From an uncultured Gammaproteobacteria bacterium (GTDB taxonomy: Bacteria > Pseudomonadota > Gammaproteobacteria > DRLM01), in contig CAVSNY010000005.1 in assembly GCA_963729605.1 (NCBI GenBank), forward strand, positions 64,001 through 128,000: a stretch of DNA of 64,000 nt. Direction: 5' to 3'. The notes beneath the pieces were generated by a model, which saw nothing but the letters and a program-made list of their open reading frames with translations, searched no databases and was not told where the DNA came from. The position numbers were made by a program, and so were the translations under genes. Of this stretch, positions 34,533-45,670 are shown one piece after another (the first letter of the stretch is position 1; every line of letters begins with the position of its first letter).

Positions 34533-34850
34533 GATGGAGAACAATCCCTGGTCCTTTTGGTGAATGAGGAAACCGCTGAATTTATGTCCCGTTCCTCGTA
34601 TTGGAAAATGGAGGAAACGGGCGAAAGGCGTCAAACACGCTCTTGCCCCCGCAACCCCGCCCGGCAAGAGGGCAAAACGAAGGGGTTGGTTTAATCTTAA
34701 ATTCCCCGTGACAAGCCGCGCGGACAAGGCGATAGGGGATTCTCCCCTTGAGCAGGCGCGGAGATCCGTTCCCCGTGCGCGGTCAGACCTATTTAATCCA
34801 ATCCTCCGGCATTTTTCCACGAATCCCGCTTCAAGGAAACCCGCGCGGAC

Positions 34851-34878
34851 AAAAAAACGGGCGCCTGCGGGCGCCCGT
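34851..34878 (-). terminator. Intrinsic terminator after comEA
   Basis: GC-rich hairpin ACGGGCGCC...GGCGCCCGT followed by T7 on the minus strand. Confidence 0.75.
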
Positions 34879-34929
34879 GTAATTTCAAACTATAAACTGC
34901 TTACAACAATTTTAAATATCCATCACGGA

Positions 34930-35214
34930 TCAACGAACAGGCTTGGCCTCGCCCACGGTGATCACCTCGCGGTTCATCTCGACGAGTTTCTTGCCGATGC
35001 CGCTCACCCCCGCCAACTGATCAAGGGATTTAAACGGTCCGTGTTTCTTACGATGCTCGACGATGGCCTCCGCCTTGGCCGGCCCCACACCCTTGAGTAT
35101 CTTCGCCAAGGTTTCGGCGTCGGCGGTATTGATATTCACCGAACTGCTTGCCGCCATGGCCATGGCGGCACCGCTCAACAACAAGGCAAACAGCGTTTTT
35201 TGAATAAACTTCAT
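34930..35214 (-). CDS. comEA: ComEA-family helix-hairpin-helix DNA-binding protein
   Basis: Signal peptide, VNINTA, LKGVGPAKAEAIV, GIGKK. Confidence 0.9.
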   Translation of the reverse strand: MKFIQKTLFALLLSGAAMAMAASSSVNINTADAETLAKILKGVGPAKAEAIVEHRKKHGPFKSLDQLAGVSGIGKKLVEMNREVITVGEAKPVR

Positions 35215-35470
35215 CCTGAGTCTCCTTCCAATTATGTATTAGGTTTTGGAAGTGTCCTTGGAGACAACCGCGCAACTTTCTATCTCCTCCCTGGCGCTAA
35301 CTCGCACCGCCGTTCAGCCTAGCAGCTCGCATAAAACCCTGCAATTTATCAGTTATAAATTAGCGTGAGGAAATATTCGGATACACAAATTAATAACTCT
35401 TCTCTTTGAGGTGGACTTCGGGTGTATAGCGAATTGAGGCGACGTCCACCCAGCGCGCGCATCTCTGATG

Positions 35471-36340
35471 CACCCCTCCTTATGATAGGGGGGATAAATC
35501 CCAAATACTCCGCCGCACACCCAACTCTGATTTCCAGGACACTCGCTCTGATCCCAGCACTCTCTCTCCGCCCCAGGACACTATCTCTCCCCCGGCTCCT
35601 GAGCAGTACCGAGGCAGATTCCGACGAAATGTTCCTGATACCACGACACACATCATCTCCCCTCCTCTCCGAGGAGGGGTGCCCTCGCAGAGGGCGGGGT
35701 GGTGCGCTCAGGGACCGCTCATCCTCGTACCTTTCCTTCAGCCATTCCGCCGTTCACATGCGATGCCTCTTACAAAAACAAAACCACCCCGGCCCTGCGG
35801 GCCACCCCTCCTTATGAAAGGAGGGGATAAATCCCAAATACTCCGCCGAAAACACTATCGCGCCAAAACATACCGCGCAGTAACACACCGCGCCGAAACG
35901 CTGGGCCGCACGCCCAACTCTGATTTCCAGGACACTCTCTCTGTCACAGGACACCATTCTGATCCCAGCACTCTCTCTGTCCCGGGACACCATCTCTTCC
36001 CCGGCTCCTGAGCAGTACCGAGGCAGATTCCGACGAAATGTTCCTGATACCACGACACACATCATCTCCCCTCCTCTCCGAGGAGGGGTGCCCTCGCAGA
36101 GGGCGGGGTGGTGCGCTCAGGGACCGCTCATCCTCGTACCTTTCCTTCAGCCATTCCGCCGTTCACATGCGATGCCTCTTACAAAAACAAAACCACCCCG
36201 GCCCTGCGGGCCACCCCTCCTTATGAAAGGAGGGGATAAATCCCAAATACTCCGCCGAAAACACTACTGCGCCGGAACATACCACGCCGGAACATACCAC
36301 GCCGAAACACACTGCGCCGAAACACACTGCGCCGAACACT
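35471..36340. repeat. Tandem duplication (period 409 bp) with two-hairpin doublets (minus 35657, 36066; plus 35783, 36192; degenerate 35471) and 15-bp minirepeats
   Basis: ~35590-35850 is nearly identical to ~36000-36260; GCCGRAACAYACYRC repeated ~6 times at 36254-36340. Confidence 0.92.
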
Positions 36341-36457
36341 GGGCCGCACGCCCAACTCTGCCCAGGACATCCCAAGCAAGGGCCGACAGAAGCGGGGGGT
36401 TATAACCCAAAGAGATGGGACGGTCGCCTCAAGCATCCAATCACAGCCAAGCTCGAA

Positions 36458-37168
36458 TCAAAGCACCGCGATGTCGCCGACGATCGTCTGTAACGCCTGC
36501 CGGGGATCGGCGGCCTGGGTGATGGGCCGGCCGATCACCAGATAATCCGCGCCGGCACGCAAGGCTTCAACAGGCGTCATGCTGCGTTTTTGGTCATTCA
36601 AGTCCGCGCCGCCGGGGCGGATGCCCGGCGTCACCAATTGGAAGCGCGGACCGAAACGCGCCCGCAGGGAACGCGCCTCCCGCGCCGAACACACCACACC
36701 GTCCAAACCACACTGCTGCGTCAACGCGGCCAGGCGGCTGACGTTGTCTTCCACCGCGCCGGCGAGCCCCACTTCGTGCAACTCCGCTTCGTCGAGGCTG
36801 GTGAGCACCGTCACCGCGATGAGCAGCGGACGCCGCGGCATATCGTCCAACGCCGCACGCGCGGCCTGCAACATTTTACGGCCGCCCAAGGCGTGTACGT
36901 TGACCATCCACACCCCCAGCTCCGCCGCGGCCTTGACCGCCTGCGCCACGGTATTGGGGATGTCGTGAAATTTCAGATCGAGAAAGACCTCGAAACCGCC
37001 GGCCACCAATTGCCGCACCAAGGCGGGACCGCCGCGGGTAAACAATTCCTTGCCGACTTTTAAACGGCACTGCCGGGGATCCAGCCGGCCGGCCATGGCC
37101 AAGGCCTCGGCCGGGTCCGCGTAATCCAAGGCCACGACGATGCGCGGTCCCCGCGCTGCGTTCGACAT
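36458..37168 (-). CDS. pyrF: Orotidine-5'-phosphate decarboxylase
   Basis: [37 protein letters not shown]. Confidence 0.97.
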   Translation of the reverse strand: MSNAARGPRIVVALDYADPAEALAMAGRLDPRQCRLKVGKELFTRGGPALVRQLVAGGFEVFLDLKFHDIPNTVAQAVKAAAELGVWMVNVHALGGRKMLQAARAALDDMPRRPLLIAVTVLTSLDEAELHEVGLAGAVEDNVSRLAALTQQCGLDGVVCSAREARSLRARFGPRFQLVTPGIRPGGADLNDQKRSMTPVEALRAGADYLVIGRPITQAADPRQALQTIVGDIAVL

Positions 37169-37170
37169 AA

Positions 37171-38328
37171 CTACTCTCCCTCGATACCGGTGATGGGTTT
37201 GACCGTATTCCAACATTTACAACCCGGGCAATGCCAGTGCAAGGCCTTGCCCGCGAAACCGCAGCGTACACACTGGTACACCGGTTTTTCCTCCAACAAT
37301 TGTTCCAGCGTCGTGCGGGCGATATCGAGTTTTTCAGCGGTGGCGGCCGCGTCGCCCGGCGCCATGTCCATGATCCGGGCCAACCCGCGCAACGACGGGC
37401 GGCGACCGAGTTGCGCGGAGAGAAAGGTCAAGGCCGCCGCTTCGCCTTGTTCCAGTCTCACCAAATCGGCGAGCGACAACAGCGCGGTCACGCCGCCGTG
37501 GCGGGACCACACGCCTTCCAGATAACCGAACAATTCCCGGTTGTCGCCGCGCGCGCGATAACACTTCACCAAGGGCGCGATGACCTCCGGCAAATACGCC
37601 GGGTCTTGCCGCTCCACTTGTTGATAGGCGTGGATGGCCGCCTTGGCGTCGCCGGCCGCCGCGGCCAGTTCACCGCGGATCATGCTGGCGCGCGCGCAGC
37701 GTTCGTCGCTCGCCAAGGCCTTTTTGAGCAGGCGCGAGGCCAACTCGGCATCACCCTGTTCGCGCGCATGTTCGGCCTGTTCGCAATAAAACTGAGCGAT
37801 CATGGGTTCCATCGCCTGCCCCGTCACCGCCTGCAAACGGCGGGCGGCCTCGACGGCCTGCTCCCATTCCTTCTCCTGCTGATAGACATCGCTCAATAAG
37901 GCCAGCGCGCGCGGCAGATGCATATCCATCTCGATCAACTCGCGGCACAAGCCCTCGGCGCGGTCGAGCAGACCGGCGCGCATATAATCCTGGGCCAACT
38001 CCAACAGGGCTTGCGCGCGCTGGTTGCCGTTGAGGGTGGGACGCGCGATGAGATTTTGATGGATACGAATGGCCCGATCGACTTCGCCGCGCTGGCGGAA
38101 TAGATTGCCCAGCGCGAGATGGATCTCCACCGTGTCGCTGTCCACTTCCAACATGCGGACGAAACATTCGATGGCCTTGTCGGGCTGTTCATTCAGAAGA
38201 TAGTTGAGGCCGGTGAAATAATCGCGCGACAAAAACGGCGGCGCCGAGTTGCGTTGAGCGCTGCGTTTGGCCAGTATCCAACCCGAGGCGGCCGCTACCG
38301 GCAGTAACAGCCATAGGACTTCATTCAT
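37171..38328 (-). CDS. lapB: LPS assembly protein B
   Basis: N-terminal TM, TPRs ([13 protein letters not shown]), rubredoxin C..C/W.CP.C. Confidence 0.95.
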   Translation of the reverse strand: MNEVLWLLLPVAAASGWILAKRSAQRNSAPPFLSRDYFTGLNYLLNEQPDKAIECFVRMLEVDSDTVEIHLALGNLFRQRGEVDRAIRIHQNLIARPTLNGNQRAQALLELAQDYMRAGLLDRAEGLCRELIEMDMHLPRALALLSDVYQQEKEWEQAVEAARRLQAVTGQAMEPMIAQFYCEQAEHAREQGDAELASRLLKKALASDERCARASMIRGELAAAAGDAKAAIHAYQQVERQDPAYLPEVIAPLVKCYRARGDNRELFGYLEGVWSRHGGVTALLSLADLVRLEQGEAAALTFLSAQLGRRPSLRGLARIMDMAPGDAAATAEKLDIARTTLEQLLEEKPVYQCVRCGFAGKALHWHCPGCKCWNTVKPITGIEGE

Positions 38329-38347
38329 GTCCTAAGGCCTGCCGACA

Positions 38348-38641
38348 CTAGCGCGAGTCTTTGTAAGGAATCGCGCGCAGATTCGCCAGCTCTCTCTCCG
38401 CCACATTGACGTTCTTCCGCAAACCGGCGGCCTCGCGCTTCGCCCTCACCACCATGGTCAAGCTGGCCGCGATCCCCAATAAGGCGCCGCAGCCCACCGC
38501 CATGGCGACGATGAACGCCAGGGGTATTTCACGGCTGCCGAAGTAATAGTTGAAAGGCACGGCCTGGGCATTGAGCAAGGCGAACACCAGACCCGCCAAG
38601 CCGACGATGAAATAAACCGCAAATCGGAACAGACGCAGCAT
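38348..38641 (-). CDS. lapA: LPS assembly protein A
   Basis: Two TM segments with FALLN..V.FNY; synteny with lapB. Confidence 0.85.
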   Translation of the reverse strand: MLRLFRFAVYFIVGLAGLVFALLNAQAVPFNYYFGSREIPLAFIVAMAVGCGALLGIAASLTMVVRAKREAAGLRKNVNVAERELANLRAIPYKDSR

Positions 38642-38893
38642 AGTGCCTCCATGTGGCCAGCATGCAAGAGGTATATCTTGCCACGGAACACCGTTCAACG
38701 CGAAAGATTAGCGACGCATGCGAAGCCGAGAGGCGACGCGGACTCGCGTCTTGGCGGCGGTATCCGCCACGCGGGTGGCGGAATCAGTAAAGTGAAGGCT
38801 TGCCGGTGGACAGCGGCATGCGTCGGTAAATCGGCGATCGCTGTTTATTTGATCGTATAGCGCCGAGCAGCAACGCGTCTATCGCCAAACCGG

Positions 38894-39178
38894 TTAATCG
38901 TTTTCGTTGACGCGTTCGCGCAGCTCTTTGCCGGGCTTGAAATGGGGAACGTATTTGCCCGCCAACGCCACCGCGTCGCCGGTCTTGGGATTGCGGCCGA
39001 TGCGCGGCGGCCGGAAATGCAGACAAAAACTGCCGAAGCCGCGGATCTCGATACGCCCACCCCCGGAAAGGGTCTGGGCCATTTGTTCAGTGAGGGTCTT
39101 GACTGCAAACTCCACATCCTTGGATGTGAGCTGACTCTGCTTTTGCGAGAGTTTTTCGATCAGTTCCGATTTCGTCAT
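38894..39178 (-). CDS. ihfB: Integration host factor beta
   Basis: [34 protein letters not shown]. Confidence 0.97.
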   Translation of the reverse strand: MTKSELIEKLSQKQSQLTSKDVEFAVKTLTEQMAQTLSGGGRIEIRGFGSFCLHFRPPRIGRNPKTGDAVALAGKYVPHFKPGKELRERVNEND

Positions 39179-39243
39179 GATGCCTCCCCTGGTTCGCATT
39201 CAAGATCAAACCTGTTTTTTTGCATTCCTTCGCTCGGGAAAAC

Positions 39244-39272
39244 GGTCCGGGCCTCGCAAGGAGGCCCGGACC
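39244..39272 (-). terminator. Hairpin/likely terminator after rpsA
   Basis: 12-bp perfect stem GGTCCGGGCCTC/GAGGCCCGGACC followed by GTTTT on the minus strand. Confidence 0.6.
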
Positions 39273-39283
39273 CAGGCGTACCT

Positions 39284-40963
39284 CTAGCCGTTATTATTGT
39301 TTCCCATCTGTTCCTTGAGCAAGTCGCCCAAATTGGTGCCGCTGCCAATGGTGGACCGGCTGTAACCTTCCAGCACCTCGGCCTCTTCATCGCTGTCCTT
39401 GGACTTGATGGAGAGAATGATGCTGCGGTTCTTGCGATCGACGCCCATGAACTTGGCTTCCACCTTATCACCGACGTTCAATATCGAACGGGCATCCTCG
39501 ACGCGGTCGCGGGACAATTCGGAGGCGCGCAGGGTGCCTTCCACGCCGTCGGCGAGTTCAATGATCGCGCCTTTGGCGTCCACTTCCTTCACCACACCGT
39601 TGACGATGCTGCCCTTGGGATGCTCGGCCACGTAGTTGGACCAGGGATCCTGTTCCAGCTGCTTGACGCCCAGCGAGATGCGTTCGCGTTCGGAGTCGAT
39701 GGCCAACACCACGGCTTCCACTTCGTCGCCCTTCTTGTAGTTGCGCACGGCTTCTTCGCCGGGCATGTTCCAAGACAAGTCGGACAAATGCAGCAGACCG
39801 TCGATACCGCCGTCCAGGCCGACGAAGATACCGAAGTCGGTGATGGATTTGATATTGCCGACCACGCGATCACCCTTCTTGTGGGTGACGGCGAATTCAT
39901 CCCAGGGATTGGCCTTGCATTGCTTCATGCCGAGCGAGATGCGGCGGCGCTCCTCGTCGATGTCCAACACCACCACTTCCACCTCGTCGCCCAGGTGCAC
40001 GACCTTGGAGGGGTGAATATTCTTGTTGGTCCAATCCATCTCGGAGACGTGCACCAGACCTTCCACGCCGTCTTCGATCTCGACGAAGCAGCCGTAGTCG
40101 GCGATGTTGGTGACCTTACCGAACAGGCGGGTGGTGACCGGGTAACGGCGGGCGATATCGACCCAGGGATCTTCGCCCAACTGTTTCAGGCCCAGCGAGA
40201 CGCGTTGACGCTCGCGGTCGAACTTCAATACCTTCACGTCGATCTCGTCGCCGACGTTCACCACCTCGGAAGGCTGTTTGACGCGTTTCCACGCCATGTC
40301 GGTGATGTGCAGCAGGCCGTCGACGCCGCCCAGATCCACGAAGGCGCCGTAATCGGTGAGGTTCTTGACGATACCCTTGATGACTTGGCCTTCCTGGAGG
40401 TTTTCCAGCAGATTTTCGCGCTCGGCGCCGCTCTCCTGCTCGACCACCGCGCGGCGGGACACCACCACGTTGTTGCGGCGGCGATCCAGTTTGACGACCT
40501 TGAATTCCAGTTCCTTGTTCTCGAGGTAGCTGGGGTCGCGCACCGGACGCACGTCCACCAAGGAGCCGGGCAAGAAGGCGCGGACATCGTCGATCTCGAC
40601 GGTGAAACCACCTTTGACTTTGCCGGTGAGGATACCCTTGACGGTCTCGCCCGCTTCCAATGCCTTCTCGAGATAAATCCAGGTGCGGGCGCGACGCGCC
40701 TTTTCGCGTGACAGACGGGTTTCGCCAAAACCGTCTTCCATCATTTCCAACGCGACTTCGATCTGATCGCCGACCGCCACTTTTTCCATTCCGTTGTCAT
40801 CGCGGAACTGCTCGATGGGAATGGCGCTCTCGGATTTCAAACCGGAGCTGACGATGATTACATCGGGGCGGATTTCCACGATAGTGGCGGTAACGATAGC
40901 GCCCGGCCGCATTCTCTGTGCCGCCAGACTCTGTTCAAATAGTTGTGCAAAGCTTTCGCTCAT
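39284..40963 (-). CDS. rpsA: 30S ribosomal protein S1
   Basis: [10 protein letters not shown], six S1 repeats. Confidence 0.98.
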   Translation of the reverse strand: MSESFAQLFEQSLAAQRMRPGAIVTATIVEIRPDVIIVSSGLKSESAIPIEQFRDDNGMEKVAVGDQIEVALEMMEDGFGETRLSREKARRARTWIYLEKALEAGETVKGILTGKVKGGFTVEIDDVRAFLPGSLVDVRPVRDPSYLENKELEFKVVKLDRRRNNVVVSRRAVVEQESGAERENLLENLQEGQVIKGIVKNLTDYGAFVDLGGVDGLLHITDMAWKRVKQPSEVVNVGDEIDVKVLKFDRERQRVSLGLKQLGEDPWVDIARRYPVTTRLFGKVTNIADYGCFVEIEDGVEGLVHVSEMDWTNKNIHPSKVVHLGDEVEVVVLDIDEERRRISLGMKQCKANPWDEFAVTHKKGDRVVGNIKSITDFGIFVGLDGGIDGLLHLSDLSWNMPGEEAVRNYKKGDEVEAVVLAIDSERERISLGVKQLEQDPWSNYVAEHPKGSIVNGVVKEVDAKGAIIELADGVEGTLRASELSRDRVEDARSILNVGDKVEAKFMGVDRKNRSIILSIKSKDSDEEAEVLEGYSRSTIGSGTNLGDLLKEQMGNNNNG

Positions 40964-41102
40964 TGATGAATGACCCTTCGGTCCGGCGAACGCCGAAACC
41001 GGTTATGCCGCATCATGCGGCTATGTTAAAACCCGCCTGCCCGGAGACAAAACGGAACCAGAAAAAATCAGCACGGGTGAAACCCATGCCATGCCCTTGA
41101 GT

Positions 41103-41813
41103 TTAGCTTGTTTTGCGCGCCGCTTCCCGCCACAGAGCCAACACCTGCTTCACAACCTCATCGATGGGAATGCCGGTCGTATCGACCACTATCGCATCGT
41201 CGGCGGGCCGCAATGGAGATACGCTCCGTTCGCTGTCGCGCGCATCGCGTATTTCCAGATCGTTCAAAATGCGCTGTAGGTTAGCATCTATCCCTTTTTC
41301 GTTCAACTGGTTATAACGGCGCCGGGCGCGTTCCTCGCGGCTCGCGGTGAGAAACAGCTTGAGATCGGCCTCCGGAAACACCACCGTGCCCATATCCCGC
41401 CCGTCCGCCACCAGCCCCGGCGCCACCCGAAAGGCCCGCTGGCGTTCCAATAACGCCTGGCGCAGCGTCGGCAAAGCCGCCACCACCGAGGCATCCCGCC
41501 CGCATTGTTCGGTACGGATGGCGTTACCCACGTCTTCGCCCTCCAAGACGATGCGGCTCTCGACGCCGCCGTCCACCGCCTCGAACTCCACGTCCAAATG
41601 AGCGGCCAAGGTCGCCAGTGACACCTCGTCTTCCAGGGGCACGGCATGATGCCGCGCCGCCAGCGCCACCAGACGGTAAAGCGCCCCGCTGTCGAGGAAA
41701 TGCCAACCCAATCTGCCCGCCACCAACCGGCTCAACGTCCCCTTGCCGGAACCGCTGGGCCCGTCGATGGTGATCACCGGGATGGCCTGCTGTTCACGTC
41801 CTTGCTCCGTCAC
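41103..41813 (-). CDS. cmk: Cytidylate kinase
   Basis: [30 protein letters not shown]. Confidence 0.97.
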   Translation of the reverse strand: MTEQGREQQAIPVITIDGPSGSGKGTLSRLVAGRLGWHFLDSGALYRLVALAARHHAVPLEDEVSLATLAAHLDVEFEAVDGGVESRIVLEGEDVGNAIRTEQCGRDASVVAALPTLRQALLERQRAFRVAPGLVADGRDMGTVVFPEADLKLFLTASREERARRRYNQLNEKGIDANLQRILNDLEIRDARDSERSVSPLRPADDAIVVDTTGIPIDEVVKQVLALWREAARKTS

Positions 41814-41888
41814 GTTCGTTAATCCACCCTGTTATAAATGATCTACATCCATTTGAAATATATAGCTCGATCCGTCGGAGATATTACT

Positions 41889-43208
41889 TCAACTTATCTG
41901 TGCAACCTGCAAACCGGCCGCACCCGCCAAGCCCAGAAAATTGGGGAAGGAGGTGCGTACATTGGCGCAATCATCGATCACCACCGGCCCGCCGGCGCGC
42001 AAGGCCGCCATGGCGAAGGCCATGGCGATACGGTGATCGCCGTGGCTGTTAATACGCCCGCCTTTCAGGACGCCGCCCTGTATCACCATGCCGTCGGGGG
42101 TGGGTTTGGCCTCGACGCCTAAGGCCAGCAATCCATCGGCCATCACTTGAATACGGTCGCTCTCCTTGACGCGCAACTCCTCGGCGCCGGTCAGCACGGT
42201 CTCGCCCTCGGCGCAAGCGGCGGCGATGAACAGGGCCGGGAATTCGTCGATGGCCAAGGGCACCTGGTCCTCGGGGATGCGGATACCCCGCAGCCGGGAC
42301 GCCCGCACCCGAATGTCGGCCACCGGCTCGCCGCCCACCAGCCGTTCATTGCTCAGCGTGATATCCGCACCCATGGCCTTGAGGATATTCACCACCCCGA
42401 TGCGGGTGGGATTCACGCCCACGTGCTCGAGGGTCAAATCGGAACCCGCCGCGATGGCCGCGCCCACCATGAAAAACGCCGCCGAGGAAATATCGGCCGG
42501 CACGTCGATGCTCGCCGCTCGCAAGTGTCCGCCGCCCTCCACGCCTACGGTATGTCCCTCCCGTTCCACTTCATAACCGAAGCCCGTCAGCATGCGTTCG
42601 GTGTGATCGCGGGTCGGCGCCGGCTCGGTGACCCAGGTCTGCCCCTCGGCATACAAGCCCGCCAACAACAACGAAGACTTCACCTGGGCACTGGCCACCG
42701 GCATGGAATAGACTATGCCTTGCAAATTCTGTTTGCCAGTGATCCGCAAGGGCGGCGTGCCGCTGGGACTGGTCTCGATCAGCGCCCCCATTTTGCGCAG
42801 AGGCTCCGCCACCCGCTTCATGGGCCGGCGGGTCAGCGAGGCATCGCCGGTCATCACCACATCGAAGGCCTGTCCCGCCAGCAAGCCCGCCAGCAAGCGC
42901 ATCGAGGTGCCCGAATTGCCCATGTACAGCGGTCCGTTCGGTGCGCGCAATCCGTGCAGGCCCACGCCATGCACCGTCACCCGGCCGTGGTCGGGACCGT
43001 CGATACGCACACCCATGGCGCGAAAGGCGCCGATGGTGGCGAGGCAATCCTCGCCTTCGAGAAAACCGCTGACCTCGGTCACGCCGTCGGCCAAGGCACC
43101 GAGCATGATGGAACGGTGGGAGATGGATTTATCACCGGGCACCCGCACCCGGCCGCGCAAGGCGCCGCCGGCTTCGGCGCGAAACACGATGTTGTCGTTA
43201 CTGCTCAT
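41889..43208 (-). CDS. aroA: EPSP synthase
   Basis: PGDKSISHR, GNSGT, ASAQVKS, RDHTE, KESDR, DHRIAM. Confidence 0.97.
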   Translation of the reverse strand: MSSNDNIVFRAEAGGALRGRVRVPGDKSISHRSIMLGALADGVTEVSGFLEGEDCLATIGAFRAMGVRIDGPDHGRVTVHGVGLHGLRAPNGPLYMGNSGTSMRLLAGLLAGQAFDVVMTGDASLTRRPMKRVAEPLRKMGALIETSPSGTPPLRITGKQNLQGIVYSMPVASAQVKSSLLLAGLYAEGQTWVTEPAPTRDHTERMLTGFGYEVEREGHTVGVEGGGHLRAASIDVPADISSAAFFMVGAAIAAGSDLTLEHVGVNPTRIGVVNILKAMGADITLSNERLVGGEPVADIRVRASRLRGIRIPEDQVPLAIDEFPALFIAAACAEGETVLTGAEELRVKESDRIQVMADGLLALGVEAKPTPDGMVIQGGVLKGGRINSHGDHRIAMAFAMAALRAGGPVVIDDCANVRTSFPNFLGLAGAAGLQVAQIS

Positions 43209-43246
43209 AGCACTCGCTCATTCCTCAATAAACTATTCGTCATCGA

Positions 43247-43384
43247 CTGATTTAATCAAAGGTTCCCGCGGCACATGGATGTGCCGTCATTGCAATGGTG
43301 TGAGCCATTGAAAATGAAGGGCGGCGAAAATCACATGTCGCTGCCGTGCCCTAAAAATTCCGGGATGGAACATTCAGAGCTTCC
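43247..43384. mobile_element. MITE-like multi-hairpin element, left end eroded
   Basis: Aligns with 58779-58927; right end TCAGAGCTTCC followed by TTAA. Confidence 0.75.
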
Positions 43385-43479
43385 TTAACTCGTCTCATGC
43401 CCTGCCCTCTACCTCCGACCGATTTCAGCCGGAATCGGAGGTCACACACCTTGTTATTCACTGGCCGGATTATGAATGG

Positions 43480-44352
43480 TCACTCGACCCGTTCCTGCCG
43501 ACAAAAACGGTCGCGCGCGGTTTTGGCGCGGGTAAATACCTCGGCGATGGCCTCGCCGTCTTCGGCGTCGATGGCGTCGCGCAAGCCGGCGAGGTCGTCG
43601 CTGAAACGATCGAGCATCGCCACCACCGCCTCGCGATTGGCGAGACAGATGTCGCGCCACATTTTGGGATCACTCGATGCGATACGGGTGAAGTCGCGAA
43701 AACCGCCGGCGGCATAGCGGAAAATTTCGGCCTTTTCGTGCATACGCGCCAAGGTATCGACCAGCGCGAAGGCCAGCAGATGGGGCAGATGGCTGGTGGC
43801 GGCCAACACCTCGTCGTGATGTTCGACCATCATGTCCACCACCTCGGCGCCCGCTTGCTCCCACATCCGCCGCACGATTCGATGCGCCTCGGCATCGGTG
43901 TCGGACAAGGGCGTCAAGATCACCCGGCGGCCTTGAAACAGCTCGGCGAAAGACGCTTCCACCCCGCTCTTTTCCGTGCCGGCGATGGGATGACCGGGCA
44001 CGAAGCGCGCCGGCACTTTGCCGAACACCGCTTGCGCCGCCGCCACCACGCTGCCTTTGGCGCTGCCGACATCGGTGATCACCGCGCCCGCGCTCAAGGC
44101 CGGCGCGATGCGGCGCAACACCGGCTCCATCATGCCCAGCGGGACCGCGAGCACCACCACATCGGCGCCGCTCACCGCCAAGGTGGGATCGCTCTGATAA
44201 CGATCGATCACGCCCAATTCCACCGCCCGCCGCAACGCGCCTTCATCGCGGCCGCAGCCCACCACCTCGGCGCAGGCGCCGGCGCGTTTCAAGGCCCGCG
44301 CCAAGGAGCCGCCGATCAAGCCCACGCCGATGATGCAGAGACGGTTGATCAC
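43480..44352 (-). CDS. tyrA: Prephenate/arogenate dehydrogenase
   Basis: GVGLIGGS, DVGSAK, HPIAGTE, HD...A.TSHLPH, GFRDFTRIA. Confidence 0.93.
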   Translation of the reverse strand: MINRLCIIGVGLIGGSLARALKRAGACAEVVGCGRDEGALRRAVELGVIDRYQSDPTLAVSGADVVVLAVPLGMMEPVLRRIAPALSAGAVITDVGSAKGSVVAAAQAVFGKVPARFVPGHPIAGTEKSGVEASFAELFQGRRVILTPLSDTDAEAHRIVRRMWEQAGAEVVDMMVEHHDEVLAATSHLPHLLAFALVDTLARMHEKAEIFRYAAGGFRDFTRIASSDPKMWRDICLANREAVVAMLDRFSDDLAGLRDAIDAEDGEAIAEVFTRAKTARDRFCRQERVE

Positions 44353-44534
44353 GATAACTCCACCGAAAAATCGGCTTTGCTCGCGACATGCCGAATAAAT
44401 TCGCCGCGCCCCCGTTCACCCTTCACACTCACCCGCCGCGCGCGCCGGGTCGGGCCGCTTGGGGCGGGAATGAAGGCGCGCGGTACGCGGCGGCGGGTCA
44501 TGGCGTGGGACTTGAGTGAATGAGGTCCGGCTGA

Positions 44535-45551
44535 TTACAACGTCCGGCCCAGCGAAACGGCGATGGCCCGCAACTCGCCCATCAGCTTGGTCAGCTCCGG
44601 CGGGCTCAAGGCCTGATCGGCGTCGCACCAGGCCTCGGACGGGCAGGGATGCATCTCGATCAGCAGGCCGTCGGCGCCGGCCGCCACCGCGGCGCGCGCC
44701 AGCGCCGGCACCATCCAGGCCTTGCCGCCGGCGTGGCTGGGATCGACGATCACCGGGAAATGGGTCTCGCGCTTCAACACCGGAATGGCGGTGACGTCGA
44801 GCATGTTGCGGTAATAGGTCTCGAAACTGCGCACGCCGCGTTCGCAGAAGATGATGTTGTGATTGCCGCCGGCGACGATGTACTCCGCCGCCATCAGCCA
44901 TTCGGAAATGGTCGCCGACATGCCGCGTTTCAGAATCACCGGCTTCTGCACCTTGCCCACTTCCTTGAGCAGATCGAAGTTCTGCATATTGCGGGTGCCG
45001 ATTTGAATCACGTCCACGTCGTGTTCGAGAAAGGTATCGAGCATGCGCACGTCCATCAATTCGGTGACGATAGGCAAGTTGTGCTTATCCGCCGCCTTGC
45101 GGAACATGTCCAAGCCTTCCACACCCACGCCTTGAAAGGTGTAGGGACTGGTGCGCGGTTTGAACGCGCCGCCGCGCATCAGCCGGCAACCCGCCGCCGC
45201 CACCGAGGCCGCCGCCGAATCCATCTGCGGCTGGGTCTCCACCGAACACGGCCCGCCGATCACCTGGATCTGATTGCCGCCCAGCTTGATGCCGCGGATG
45301 TCGATCACCGAATCTTCCGGATGGGATATCCGCGAGACGATCTTGTACGGCTTCATCACCCGCACCACGTTCTCGACGCCGGGCAACACCTCCAGCGCCT
45401 CGATATCGATCTGGCGCTCGTCGCCGATGGCGCCGACTATGGTGCGCTCGATGCCCTTCGAGACATGGGAGCCCATGCCCATGGCCTTCAACTTGTCCGA
45501 CACCGCGTCGATCTGCGCATCGGTGCTGCCCGCATTCATAATGATGATCAT
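44535..45551 (-). CDS. aroF: DAHP synthase type I-beta with N-terminal regulatory domain
   Basis: GPCSVE, RGGAFKPRTSPY, KRG, CERG, VDPSH. Confidence 0.92.
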   Translation of the reverse strand: MIIIMNAGSTDAQIDAVSDKLKAMGMGSHVSKGIERTIVGAIGDERQIDIEALEVLPGVENVVRVMKPYKIVSRISHPEDSVIDIRGIKLGGNQIQVIGGPCSVETQPQMDSAAASVAAAGCRLMRGGAFKPRTSPYTFQGVGVEGLDMFRKAADKHNLPIVTELMDVRMLDTFLEHDVDVIQIGTRNMQNFDLLKEVGKVQKPVILKRGMSATISEWLMAAEYIVAGGNHNIIFCERGVRSFETYYRNMLDVTAIPVLKRETHFPVIVDPSHAGGKAWMVPALARAAVAAGADGLLIEMHPCPSEAWCDADQALSPPELTKLMGELRAIAVSLGRTL

Positions 45552-45670
45552 GGTCGCTTACCTATAAAATTAACCGCTCAGGGCGCAAAGAAAAAAACAA
45601 CTACACCACTCTACAACCCACGACAAGGCATTTCCTGCCTAATATGTCTCACTTTACTCTTCGTTCGCCT

